Virus record (IMG/VR): IMGVR_UViG_3300027519_000002
DNA: 64,000 nucleotides
Strand: one strand, 5' to 3'
DNA from: a virus
The translations under genes and the position numbers were made by a program. Under the pieces are notes generated by a model. The model had not been told where the DNA came from. It did not search any database and was given only the letters and a program-made list of their open reading frames with translations. Within the stretch, counting starts at the first letter, position 1; each line of letters opens with the position of its first letter. Below, piece after piece: positions 47,673-55,176 of the stretch.

Positions 47673-47760
47673 GCGTGTAAGTCGGGAATCGAACCCGATT
47701 AGTGCACCATGCACCTAAGAACGACTTTTACGTATCATCCCGTGTCAAGTAAGAGTACTC
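47673..47760 (-). tRNA. tRNA-like gene (T-arm TCGGG/TTCGATT/CCCGA).
   Basis: Perfect T-arm on the minus strand. The acceptor stem is not resolved by hand. Confidence 0.3.
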
Positions 47761-47879
47761 AGTTAAGCCACGGAAGATATGTAACATGGTTAGAGAACCC
47801 ACCACTTAGGTCACTTTCAAACAGCCTTCCGAGCGTGTTATTCAGTTGAGGATTGACCTTATGGTGCGTTCTCTAATTA

Positions 47880-48449
47880 CTAACGTATACGCATCTCGGC
47901 ATCATCGATGCCCGATGCGCCACGCGATGTTTCTTCAAGCTGTTCTACTTCAACCAATGGTAGGTTGCTGTATGTACGCTCAATAACAATCTGTGCGACT
48001 TTATCGCCTTTAAAGAACTCTACTGTCTCTTGGCCTAAGTTAATTAGGTTGATCTTGATTTCACCTGTGAAAGGCTTATCAATGATTCGTGCCATTACAG
48101 CAATGTTCTTCTTACTCGCTATCTTAGAGCGATTAGAGATACGTCCGTAAAAGCCTTTAGGCAACTGCATTGCAATACCAGAAGGCAGTACACATGATTT
48201 ACCTGGAGGCAGGACAACTGACTCCATTGTCTGCAGATCTAGTCCAGCATCATCTTCATGGGCCATTGAAGGCATAGCAGCGTCAGGATGACGCTTTACC
48301 ACTTTGATGTGAGGTGCAAAAGCCGCAATCAAGCGCTCTTCCGCTTCAGTGTAGTCAATTTTCAGCGGTTCCAAATCAGCTTGGTTAAGGCGTAATTCCA
48401 TTGTAGCGATGTTATCGCCGTGGGTGTTTTCTTGTTTGATGTCTGTCAT
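47880..48449 (-). CDS. dCTP deaminase/dUTPase-family protein.
   Basis: AGLDLQT...GKSCVLPSGIAMQLPKGFYGRISNRSKIASK follows the dCTP deaminase/dUTPase motif pattern (GxD, R-S-K). Confidence 0.5.
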   Translation of the reverse strand: MTDIKQENTHGDNIATMELRLNQADLEPLKIDYTEAEERLIAAFAPHIKVVKRHPDAAMPSMAHEDDAGLDLQTMESVVLPPGKSCVLPSGIAMQLPKGFYGRISNRSKIASKKNIAVMARIIDKPFTGEIKINLINLGQETVEFFKGDKVAQIVIERTYSNLPLVEVEQLEETSRGASGIDDAEMRIR

Positions 48450-48712
48450 TACTCTTCTTCTTCGTTGTCAGGACAATCAGGGTTAATACAAACCAAATCA
48501 GGCTCTAAACTATCGCCCTGCGGTATGAGTTCATTGTCACAAGCTAGGCAACGCCCGAACTCAGGTGAGTAATCGGGACTATGAGGATTGTTGCTTTCGT
48601 GTGGCATGTGCTCTGGGTAGTACATTAGTTCGTCCTCTGCGGTGTAAGACCACGCTGAGAACAGTAAAAGAAATGGAACAGTGTTCTTAATGAACGGGTG
48701 TATGGATTTCAT
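48449..48712 (-). CDS. Small secreted Cys-rich protein (signal peptide).
   Basis: N-terminus MKSIHPFIKNTVPFLLLFSAWSYTA and six Cys in 87 aa. Confidence 0.4.
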   Translation of the reverse strand: MKSIHPFIKNTVPFLLLFSAWSYTAEDELMYYPEHMPHESNNPHSPDYSPEFGRCLACDNELIPQGDSLEPDLVCINPDCPDNEEEE

Positions 48713-49061
48713 GGAGTATCACCATCTTTCCTGCTTCAGCGAATTTGTCTTGTATTGCTTCAGCTTCTACCTGAGTCATGTTTTCCAGTTCAGGTATTTC
48801 ATCTTGATCTGGTATAACGACTTTCCAAGCACTAGATTCATAGTACTTTGATTCCATCAGGCATAAGCCAGTCGAACGAACTACCGGAGGTAGTCCTAAT
48901 TTACTGGCTAAACGGTAATGAATACGTGAGTCTGGTGTCCCATCTAAGTGTTTTGCGTTGGTTTCAATTCCAACTACAACTAACTTACGCCATATATGGT
49001 ATGGCTTGTAGGTGACAGTATCACCTACGGTAAACTCAATTTCACGCTGCATTGCTGTCAA
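48687..49061 (-). CDS. Hypothetical protein.
   Basis: 124-aa ORF. Confidence 0.4.
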   Translation of the reverse strand: MTAMQREIEFTVGDTVTYKPYHIWRKLVVVGIETNAKHLDGTPDSRIHYRLASKLGLPPVVRSTGLCLMESKYYESSAWKVVIPDQDEIPELENMTQVEAEAIQDKFAEAGKMVILHEIHTPVH

Positions 49062-49851
49062 AGTCCAGGGACTTACTGAACAGGAAACGCTGCTTTTCTT
49101 TCTTCACTGGACCACCGTTAATGAAGTACTGGTGAAGTAGGGTAGTGATAGCGCGATAGCCAAGAGTGTTGTTCTCGTAGCCTTCTGTTAGTGACTCTTC
49201 TAATGAGGCCTCTACGTCTTTGCGCTTAATCTTGGGGAACAGTTCCAAGTACATTGAAAGCAGTTCAGACTCTTTCATGGCTTGAATGAGTTCAGATAGC
49301 TTTATCTTGTCTGTGTTGTAGACAAGGCCTACACGCCCTAAGAACTCTGTCTTAATGCCCAGTTCACGTAGTCTGTCTAAGTCAATGCCTTCTTCGCCAT
49401 TGAAAGCGCCAGCAAAGATGAACAGTACGTTCTTGCATGAGACTGTGTTGTAGTGTCCGTAGCTACCCATAACTGAGGTAGTAGCTGCTTCCAAGATCTT
49501 CAAGAACTCGTTCTGAACACCGTTGGTAGTCTCATGTGCTATCTCTGAGTTAGAGTTACCACTAATGAATAGCTTGTCGAACTCGTCTACAAATACGACT
49601 GTCTGCCCAAGCTGCATGTTCTCTAGCGGCACTAGTGCCTTGGATAAACTGTTACCGCTTGTACCTTCTTTGGTTAGCTGCGCTGCGTTGATCTCAAGGA
49701 AGTTTACGCCATACTTGTCAGCCATTTGCTCGACTGTCCAAGTCTTACCAGAGCCTGAAGGCCCGGTGAAGATGAAATGTGGGCGTATGTTAGCCTTACT
49801 CGACACAAAGATTTTAAAGATGCGGTTTAGCTCTTCTGCGTGTTTAAGCAT
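49042..49851 (-). CDS. ClpX/HslU-like AAA+ ATPase (no N-terminal zinc-binding domain). Start moved to MLKHAEEL.
   Basis: Walker A GPSGSGKT, Walker B VVFVDEFDKL. GVQNEFLKILE...VLFIFAGAF parallels the ClpX GVQQALLKLIEG...ILFICGGAF segment as I recall it. Confidence 0.6.
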   Translation of the reverse strand: MLKHAEELNRIFKIFVSSKANIRPHFIFTGPSGSGKTWTVEQMADKYGVNFLEINAAQLTKEGTSGNSLSKALVPLENMQLGQTVVFVDEFDKLFISGNSNSEIAHETTNGVQNEFLKILEAATTSVMGSYGHYNTVSCKNVLFIFAGAFNGEEGIDLDRLRELGIKTEFLGRVGLVYNTDKIKLSELIQAMKESELLSMYLELFPKIKRKDVEASLEESLTEGYENNTLGYRAITTLLHQYFINGGPVKKEKQRFLFSKSLDFDSNAA

Positions 49852-50062
49852 CGTGATTCCTTTTGAGAGTTTCACTGACTGTCTCCACCACGGTGTTGTG
49901 ATAGTAGTCAATGGCTTCTGAAATAGTGTGTTTACTGGGGTTTTCCATAATGCTTTTGTAAGCATGTTCACGTGCTTCTTCTAAGCTATCAGCGTGAGCA
50001 ACAACATGGATTTTTAGACTGTCTACAGTCTCGATTGGGGTGATTTCTTCTGGGTTTAGCAT
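49844..50062 (-). CDS. Small hypothetical protein.
   Basis: 72-aa ORF just downstream of the GGA-loop hairpin at 50131. Confidence 0.4.
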   Translation of the reverse strand: MLNPEEITPIETVDSLKIHVVAHADSLEEAREHAYKSIMENPSKHTISEAIDYYHNTVVETVSETLKRNHDA

Positions 50063-50130
50063 ATCGTGGTTACATAGTCGGAATACCTCGTTTTCGAAAA
50101 CTTAGTATATCGGTTTAACAATTCACACTA

Positions 50131-50145
50131 GTGCACGGAGTGCAC
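50131..50145 (-). promoter_or_regulatory. GTGCAC-GGA-GTGCAC hairpin, candidate vRNAP-type promoter.
   Basis: Perfect 6-bp inverted repeat with a GGA loop. Shares about 30 nt of flanking sequence with the copy at 53264, including TTCATCTAAGAAAAA. Confidence 0.4.
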
Positions 50146-50156
50146 ACTATTCATCT

Positions 50157-50186
50157 AAGAAAAAAGAAAGCCCCGAAGGGCTTTCG
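50157..50186 (-). terminator. AAAGCCC(cgaa)GGGCTTT plus TTTTTTCTT on the minus strand.
   Basis: Stem-loop plus U-run directly after the RNAP II large-subunit gene stop. Confidence 0.6.
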
Positions 50187-51374
50187 TTATGACAATGCGT
50201 ATTCAGCACTGGCGATTTGAGATACCACGTTACCTAGCTTGGGTATGTGGTAGTTTGAGCCATGTATTTCAGACAAGATATCTGCTAACAGGTCAGAGTG
50301 AGCCAGTTGCTTAAACATCTCAACATAGTGCTCGCGCATGAAGTTCACGTAATTAGCGTGACACTTGAACTCGTCATGTACACACTTCACTGGGAATGGT
50401 TTATGAGCCAATGTCTTGCATATCAAGCGATGCAGTTCAACTAGGTTCTCTGCATAGTCAGACATGATGATTTCATGGTCATGTAGCATGGTAGCCATAC
50501 GTAGTGATACGAACTCGTTGCTAGGGTTGGTCTTCCCGTTCTTAGCCCAATAGTTCTCAATCATGTATTTAACACGCTTAAGTTCTTGTGGGTTGTAGTT
50601 ACAACGTCTGTTCATCTCACGCACCAACATACCGTCAATGCTGTGAATGACGTTAGCTGCGATAGATAGGCCTGACTCTTGACCAGCTTTAACTTCGAAG
50701 CGGTGCGTAAAGGTAGCGTGATCTAACTCATCTACTTCAATACGCTTATCTTGCTTCTCCATAACAGGACATACAGCAACGAAACCATCAGGTAATGACC
50801 ATGAATGTTCGTCTGCGTATGGTTGCCAAGCACCTAATAGATGTTCCATGGCGATTGTGGCACCAAGTGCTACATCTTTCAGTGACTCGTAGAACGCTGC
50901 TAGTTCAGGCGTATCTTCACCGAATACCTCTTTAGGTTGCATAGTAGAGCCGTAGAAGTGAGTCATAAGTGCTGACTTAACAGCCTTACGTACAACCTTC
51001 ACATTGATGTGCGGTGAGTTGTTCATTACACCAGTTACATCAGTATAGATATCTGCTCGACGACCAGTATTGATAAGGCCTGTAGACTTACAGGTAATCT
51101 CGCAATTCATCAGTGCACCCATGATTTGAACACCAGACGAACAAGCGTCTAGGCCAACCATGAAGCCTGATGGTCTACCTGCTTCAGCATCTTCAAGTGC
51201 TAATAGAGCACCAAGGTAGATAGCAGGTTCATCAGCGTCTTCAACTAAGGCATGAAGTTCTTCCATAGTTTTCGCTTCAACCCATTTAATACGGTCTTCA
51301 AACAACTCTTTGTCTAGGCCAAATGCGTTTGCGATTGCGATTTTGATGTACTGTTTACCAGTGAAATGTTGCAT
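50187..51374 (-). CDS. Phage RNA polymerase II catalytic (large) subunit, N4 gp16-like, T7-type.
   Basis: Motif A VGLDACSSGVQIMGA (T7 DGSCSGIQ), motif B VRKAVKSALMTHFYGS (R-x3-K-x7-YG), motif C VKCVHDEF (T7 HDSF). Confidence 0.75.
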   Translation of the reverse strand: MQHFTGKQYIKIAIANAFGLDKELFEDRIKWVEAKTMEELHALVEDADEPAIYLGALLALEDAEAGRPSGFMVGLDACSSGVQIMGALMNCEITCKSTGLINTGRRADIYTDVTGVMNNSPHINVKVVRKAVKSALMTHFYGSTMQPKEVFGEDTPELAAFYESLKDVALGATIAMEHLLGAWQPYADEHSWSLPDGFVAVCPVMEKQDKRIEVDELDHATFTHRFEVKAGQESGLSIAANVIHSIDGMLVREMNRRCNYNPQELKRVKYMIENYWAKNGKTNPSNEFVSLRMATMLHDHEIIMSDYAENLVELHRLICKTLAHKPFPVKCVHDEFKCHANYVNFMREHYVEMFKQLAHSDLLADILSEIHGSNYHIPKLGNVVSQIASAEYALS

Positions 51375-51398
51375 AACTAAATCCTCATATAGTTGGAT

Positions 51399-51421
51399 GC
51401 AGCAGCCGTGCGTTAGCGTAG
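51399..51421 (-). promoter_or_regulatory. Early-promoter-like hairpin motif, copy 1 (CAGCC-GTGCGTTAGCGTA-GGCTG), followed by the TATGAGGATT box.
   Basis: Carries the shared GCGTTAGC core and sits 25 nt upstream of the RNAP II large-subunit ATG. Confidence 0.35.
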
Positions 51422-51505
51422 GCTGCGTGGTTTATCTTAAGTGAATCGGGACACCCCAGTTTAGTGGGTCATTGGGGTCGAACGGGTCAAGCCCATTACT
51501 GCCCG

Positions 51506-51787
51506 TTAGGGCTTTTTTGACTTGTTGAGCTCCATGGCAGCGTTCCAACCTGCTTCATAGGCTTCTTCTGATTGGTAATCATTAGGGAAGTCAGATCCTT
51601 GAATGTACAAGTTATAACTTTCTTCCCATGGCTCTGGCTTTACGCGCCATGTGAGTTTGGGTCTACGTATAGGGTTATAGTCGGCACTATCCATATCTTC
51701 GTAAGTACCTTGCGTACTTAGGTACTGAATCTTTTTACCTTCAGATAATGCGGCTAGTGCCTCTAGCTGGTTAAGTTGTCTACTCAC
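51506..51787 (-). CDS. Hypothetical protein.
   Basis: 93-aa ORF. Confidence 0.4.
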   Translation of the reverse strand: MSRQLNQLEALAALSEGKKIQYLSTQGTYEDMDSADYNPIRRPKLTWRVKPEPWEESYNLYIQGSDFPNDYQSEEAYEAGWNAAMELNKSKKP

Positions 51788-52028
51788 TCAGTAGTTCCTC
51801 AATAGCGTCAAGCTTTGATTGGTCTGCCTGACGTTGCTCTTCAAGGATTGCAGTAACAGCATTGAGGTAACGGTCACACTCTGCTTGTAGCTTGGCGTAG
51901 TACTCCATGTCTTTGTCAGACTCCTGATAAGAAGCATCAATCAACCACCGATTAGGGTTACTTCTAATCATGCGCAAGGTGTTTCCAATATTTCTTGCGC
52001 GATTACTCATATCACTATATTTACTCAT
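51780..52028 (-). CDS. Hypothetical protein (82 aa). The internal ATG with a GGAGGT SD is preferred over the TTG start at 52151.
   Basis: GGAGGT lies 5 nt upstream of ATG 52028. The upstream part of the tracked ORF is overlapped by a better small ORF in another frame. Confidence 0.4.
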   Translation of the reverse strand: MSKYSDMSNRARNIGNTLRMIRSNPNRWLIDASYQESDKDMEYYAKLQAECDRYLNAVTAILEEQRQADQSKLDAIEELLSE

Positions 52029-52185
52029 CTTTACCTCCGATTGGTGAGTACCACGCCTTAACTCGACAGGCGTTATGAGCGGTAAACAGTTTCGTATAAT
52101 CACTTGGTTTACCTCCATGTTTTTTAGCCCTTTCAGTAGCACTTGGAACAAGCTTTATGGGTTTGTTGCAGTAGGTGCAGTTCAT
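52021..52185 (-). CDS. Small zinc-ribbon-like protein (MNCTYCNKPIKL...HNACRVKAW), 54 aa. Not in the ORF track.
   Basis: ATG overlaps the stop of the upstream small ORF (ATGA). Its stop overlaps the ATG of the next gene. CxxC...H..C pattern. Confidence 0.35.
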   Translation of the reverse strand: MNCTYCNKPIKLVPSATERAKKHGGKPSDYTKLFTAHNACRVKAWYSPIGGKDE

Positions 52186-52319
52186 ACTTCGACTACCTCT
52201 TTAATGCTTGGGTAAGACTGCGATCGCCACCAGTGCCGCAGTGCGGCTTCTGATGTGAAATCGTAAATTCCTTGGTGATGTGCAGGGTCATTACCCCAAA
52301 TAACGTGAAAGGTTTTCAT
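52182..52319 (-). CDS. Small ORF (45 aa, MKTFHVIWGNDPAHHQG...). Not in the ORF track.
   Basis: AAGAGG/GAGGG SD 6-9 nt upstream. Translationally coupled to the zinc-ribbon ORF. Confidence 0.3.
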   Translation of the reverse strand: MKTFHVIWGNDPAHHQGIYDFTSEAALRHWWRSQSYPSIKEVVEV

Positions 52320-53242
52320 CCCTCAATTACCTCTTTCTCTGCGAACTCAACGATTGCTTTACGGAATTGGTTGCCCTGAGTGGACACGTGATAACCCTGA
52401 GCATAAGTACGCCCACGTTTATCTACTTTATGTCTCTCATAGAACTCATTACCTACTTGGATTAGGTCACGATACGTTCTGTATGAGTCTGTAACGAACG
52501 TTAACCACTGACGCTTGGTATCTGCATCCATATCAGGGTTCTTCGGTGTCTCGCTCAATCTGGTGAGTATTCTTTCATTCAGACACAAAGGTACTGAATT
52601 GAATAGGTTGATTGAGTCCAAGCAAATGTCTTCGTCATGGTGAGTACCTTTACCTAAAATCATGGATGATTTCTCGGTAAGTAAGTCGTTATCGAAGTTA
52701 CGCGTAACAACGTTAGGCCGCACCACCATTGGTGGGAGATACTTAGTTTCGTGAATGTGCTTCATCACTTGTTCACTAAGTTCAATGTTGTTAATTAGGT
52801 ATAGAACAGCACCTTCATCACTATCGATTTTGTCGATATCGAAGTAGTCATGTTCTGACATAACAGCCATGATCTCGGCTGTAGTCACAATACCCTCATA
52901 CTTGTCTGACATCTTAAGCACGCCAGCACACTGACCTACGATTGAGGTGAACTCAACAGGGTCTGTAAGTACTGATGTCTGACATAAGATTTCATTTACC
53001 ACTACCTCCATATCTCTCTCATGGAGTTGGGCTAATCTTGCCTCTTTTGAGTGGTAATAATCACCATGTAGCCATTGCGTCAGAGCGTCAGCGGTAGACG
53101 CAATAAGGTCTATCATTGACTGTTCAGCAGTAAGGTCATTCAGTATGACTTTGTTAATCTGCTTCTTGCTGTGCTTGGTTTCTACGTAACGCTGGTAATC
53201 AACTAAATTCATGTGGCTCATCTGTCTGCTCGCTCTTTTCAT
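52316..53242 (-). CDS. Probable RNAP II small (N-terminal-domain-like) subunit, N4 gp15 position.
   Basis: 308-aa ORF two genes upstream of the catalytic subunit, preceded by a GGA-loop hairpin. Assignment by synteny only. Confidence 0.35.
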   Translation of the reverse strand: MKRASRQMSHMNLVDYQRYVETKHSKKQINKVILNDLTAEQSMIDLIASTADALTQWLHGDYYHSKEARLAQLHERDMEVVVNEILCQTSVLTDPVEFTSIVGQCAGVLKMSDKYEGIVTTAEIMAVMSEHDYFDIDKIDSDEGAVLYLINNIELSEQVMKHIHETKYLPPMVVRPNVVTRNFDNDLLTEKSSMILGKGTHHDEDICLDSINLFNSVPLCLNERILTRLSETPKNPDMDADTKRQWLTFVTDSYRTYRDLIQVGNEFYERHKVDKRGRTYAQGYHVSTQGNQFRKAIVEFAEKEVIEG

Positions 53243-53263
53243 CTACGTCCCGTAAGGGACACA

Positions 53264-53278
53264 CTGCACGGAGTGCAG
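53264..53278 (-). promoter_or_regulatory. CTGCAC-GGA-GTGCAG hairpin, candidate vRNAP-type promoter.
   Basis: Perfect 6-bp inverted repeat with a GGA loop, 22 nt upstream of the 53242 start codon. Flank CTCTCATCTAAAAAT is conserved with the 50131 copy. Confidence 0.4.
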
Positions 53279-53328
53279 CTCTCATCTAAAAATCAGTTAA
53301 GAAAAGTAAAAGGGCCGAAGCCCTCTAC

Positions 53329-53481
53329 TTAGTAAAAGTTAAGCTCTGGTAGCATTAACTCACATTCGAGATGGTGCATATCAGCGTGCACATCACGTTT
53401 AAATTCTTGTTCAAACTCAACTTCAGCTTCTAGCTGCTCAATGTGTTGGTCTAGTTCGATTTCAAAGTTATCTGTAAACAT
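53329..53481 (-). CDS. Small early protein. Start at the ATG that follows the TATGAGGATT box.
   Basis: ORF 53329..53520. The conserved ACTATGAGGATT box lies immediately upstream of ATGGAAATG. Confidence 0.35.
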   Translation of the reverse strand: MFTDNFEIELDQHIEQLEAEVEFEQEFKRDVHADMHHLECELMLPELNFY

Positions 53482-53530
53482 TTCCATAATCCTCATAGTG
53501 GAAGTCAACGAGCGACACACACCACGTGTG

Positions 53531-53550
53531 CCATTACTGCGCGTTAGCGC
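53531..53550 (-). promoter_or_regulatory. Early-promoter-like motif, copy 2 (CCATTACT-GCGC-GTTA-GCGC).
   Basis: 20-nt conserved motif with a 4-bp stem and a 4-nt loop. Confidence 0.4.
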
Positions 53551-53693
53551 TATTGATGAAAAACAACACCTACAAGCAGGGTTGCAACAGAAAGTGATGC
53601 GAAGATCACTGTTAGATGCCAGTTCTTTAATTTACTGGGCTTAGAAGGGTTATGCGTAACGTAATCAGTAGGCATTTCACTTTCCTTTAGGTA

Positions 53694-53718
53694 TAAAAAA
53701 AGGACACACAAGGTGTCC
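53694..53718 (-). terminator. GGACACC(ttgtg)GGTGTCC plus TTTTTTTATA on the minus strand.
   Basis: Stem-loop plus U-run after the 53737 gene stop. Confidence 0.55.
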
Positions 53719-53736
53719 TCTTCAGGTGATATTTAA

Positions 53737-54129
53737 TTAAGCAGTTTGCTGCATTAACTCTTTCAACTTAGATGTCTTTTCATCTGTTTCAGTTGATTCT
53801 TCTTCTTGGGCTTTGCCAAGCATCGCACCGATATCAAGCGCATTATCATCAAGCTGTTCTTGAACGTGGACGTTCTTAACTTTGATAACTAACTCTGTTG
53901 AGTCTTCAGGGTTATCAAGCATGTAGTTATGCAGTGCTTGCATTTGCGTTGAAGGGTTTTCAGTGCGGTTAAGTGAGATACCTACACGTGAAAGTGGAAT
54001 AACAACACCATTAGGCAAATGTGCCTCAAGGTTCGCAAAACCGTCTGAACGCTGTTGTTGACCGCGTGAACGGTTGTTAGCGATTGCAGGGTTAGAACGT
54101 AGAGCGTTGCGGTTTACTAATTTAGCCAT
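53737..54129 (-). CDS. Hypothetical early protein with a basic N-terminus. Start at MAKLVNRN.
   Basis: ORF with the TATGAGGATT box 9 nt upstream of ATG 54129. Confidence 0.4.
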   Translation of the reverse strand: MAKLVNRNALRSNPAIANNRSRGQQQRSDGFANLEAHLPNGVVIPLSRVGISLNRTENPSTQMQALHNYMLDNPEDSTELVIKVKNVHVQEQLDDNALDIGAMLGKAQEEESTETDEKTSKLKELMQQTA

Positions 54130-54177
54130 TGTCAAAATCCTCATAGTTGACGTTAATTCAATGGAACACCATTTGTT

Positions 54178-54197
54178 CCACTAATGTGCGTTAGCAC
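54178..54197 (-). promoter_or_regulatory. Early-promoter-like motif, copy 3 (CCACTAAT-GTGC-GTTA-GCAC).
   Basis: Conserved motif about 50 nt upstream of ATG 54129. Confidence 0.4.
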
Positions 54198-54408
54198 AAC
54201 AAATCAACCTGAAGAAGTAGATAAGTGATAAGTATATTTGACAGTCTGAGTCGAAGACCATTACGCTGCGCTTGTCGCAGCCCAGTGTTGTGTTTGTGTA
54301 GTGTTGTGTAGTGTATTAATAGTTAATTAATACCTATTAATATATAAAGAAATAACGGGATATAGGGTGTAACCCTATATCCCTTTTTATTAATTAATAG
54401 ATAAGTAT

Positions 54409-54660
54409 TTAGTAGTAAATAATATTCCTATTAGGGACGATTTGAGAATCGACACCTCTACCTACAAGGTGACGTAGTGCTTGGAAAGCACGGTCACTAT
54501 ACTTACATATTGTTGATACACCATCCTTGGTAATACCCCTTACAAATAACCTAGTGCTTGTACCTTGTGAGTACACTCGTAACATTTCACCTGAGTCGGT
54601 AGTGATAACTTCAACGTCACAATGTGCTGCTAGTACAGACAGGTTAATAACTAACTTCAT
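54409..54660 (-). CDS. Small early protein.
   Basis: 83-aa ORF. The motif lies 30 nt upstream of its ATG. Confidence 0.4.
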   Translation of the reverse strand: MKLVINLSVLAAHCDVEVITTDSGEMLRVYSQGTSTRLFVRGITKDGVSTICKYSDRAFQALRHLVGRGVDSQIVPNRNIIYY

Positions 54661-54690
54661 ACTTCGATATTCCCTTGTTCGTTATAATGT

Positions 54691-54710
54691 CCATCACTGT
54701 GCGTTAGCAC
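54691..54710 (-). promoter_or_regulatory. Early-promoter-like motif, copy 4 (CCATCACT-GTGC-GTTA-GCAC).
   Basis: Immediately downstream (in transcript sense) of the 54711-54737 terminator. Confidence 0.4.
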
Positions 54711-54737
54711 TAAAAAATAAAGCACCCGAAGGTGCTT
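54711..54737 (-). terminator. AAGCACC(ttcg)GGTGCTT plus TTTATTTTTT on the minus strand.
   Basis: Stem-loop plus U-run after the 54738 gene stop. Confidence 0.55.
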
Positions 54738-54959
54738 TTAATTGTCCGTCATTGTATTTTGAATTTCTTGAAGAGATTCCATTATCTCATTCATTTCTGT
54801 GAGGGTTATTACTATGTCATTTGCGGGCGCAAATAGTACCTCGTTGTTAATTATATGGGCTTCACCTAAGTCGCATATAAATTGCGATGTAGAGTCTATT
54901 AATTCTCTGCGTTCAAAACCTATTGTTTCACCGTCAACTACAGTTTTTAGATATCTCAT
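54738..54959 (-). CDS. Small early protein.
   Basis: 73-aa acidic ORF. Confidence 0.4.
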   Translation of the reverse strand: MRYLKTVVDGETIGFERRELIDSTSQFICDLGEAHIINNEVLFAPANDIVITLTEMNEIMESLQEIQNTMTDN

Positions 54960-55105
54960 TGATTAACTCTCCAATCAACATTGGCCATGTAGTCATAGAA
55001 CATATCAACTACTGCTTCTTCATCTACATTACCACTATCGTGATGAATGACAGCACCAAACTTGTTTAATACACCAATTGGTACGTGCTTCTTAATTAAT
55101 GACAT
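54956..55105 (-). CDS. Small early protein. Start at MSLIKKH after the TATGAGGATT box.
   Basis: The box is followed by aaacgaATG at 55105. Confidence 0.35.
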   Translation of the reverse strand: MSLIKKHVPIGVLNKFGAVIHHDSGNVDEEAVVDMFYDYMANVDWRVNQ

Positions 55106-55155
55106 TCGTTTAATCCTCATAGTTAGAATGTATTTTACCATCACAACGCGATAAC

Positions 55156-55176
55156 GCCATGACGGTAAATTGTTTA
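55156..55176 (-). promoter_or_regulatory. Early-promoter-like motif, copy 5 (CCATCAC-aa-CGCGATAACGCC variant).
   Basis: Shares CCATCAC and the GCG..CGC stem. The loop differs. Confidence 0.3.

Noticed and set aside
51780-52151. The long TTG-initiated version of ORF 51780-52151.
   Set aside because: No SD at the TTG. An internal ATG with a GGAGGT SD, plus two coupled small ORFs in other frames, explains the region better.
54358-54392. An 11-bp perfect hairpin GGGATATAGGG(tgtaa)CCCTATATCCC plus a T-run, considered as an additional early promoter.
   Set aside because: It has a long stem, a 5-nt loop and a following T-tract, and sits after the 54409 gene stop. That is better explained as a bidirectional rho-independent terminator than as a promoter hairpin. 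The adjacent early motif (copy 3) lies about 170 nt further on, at 54178.
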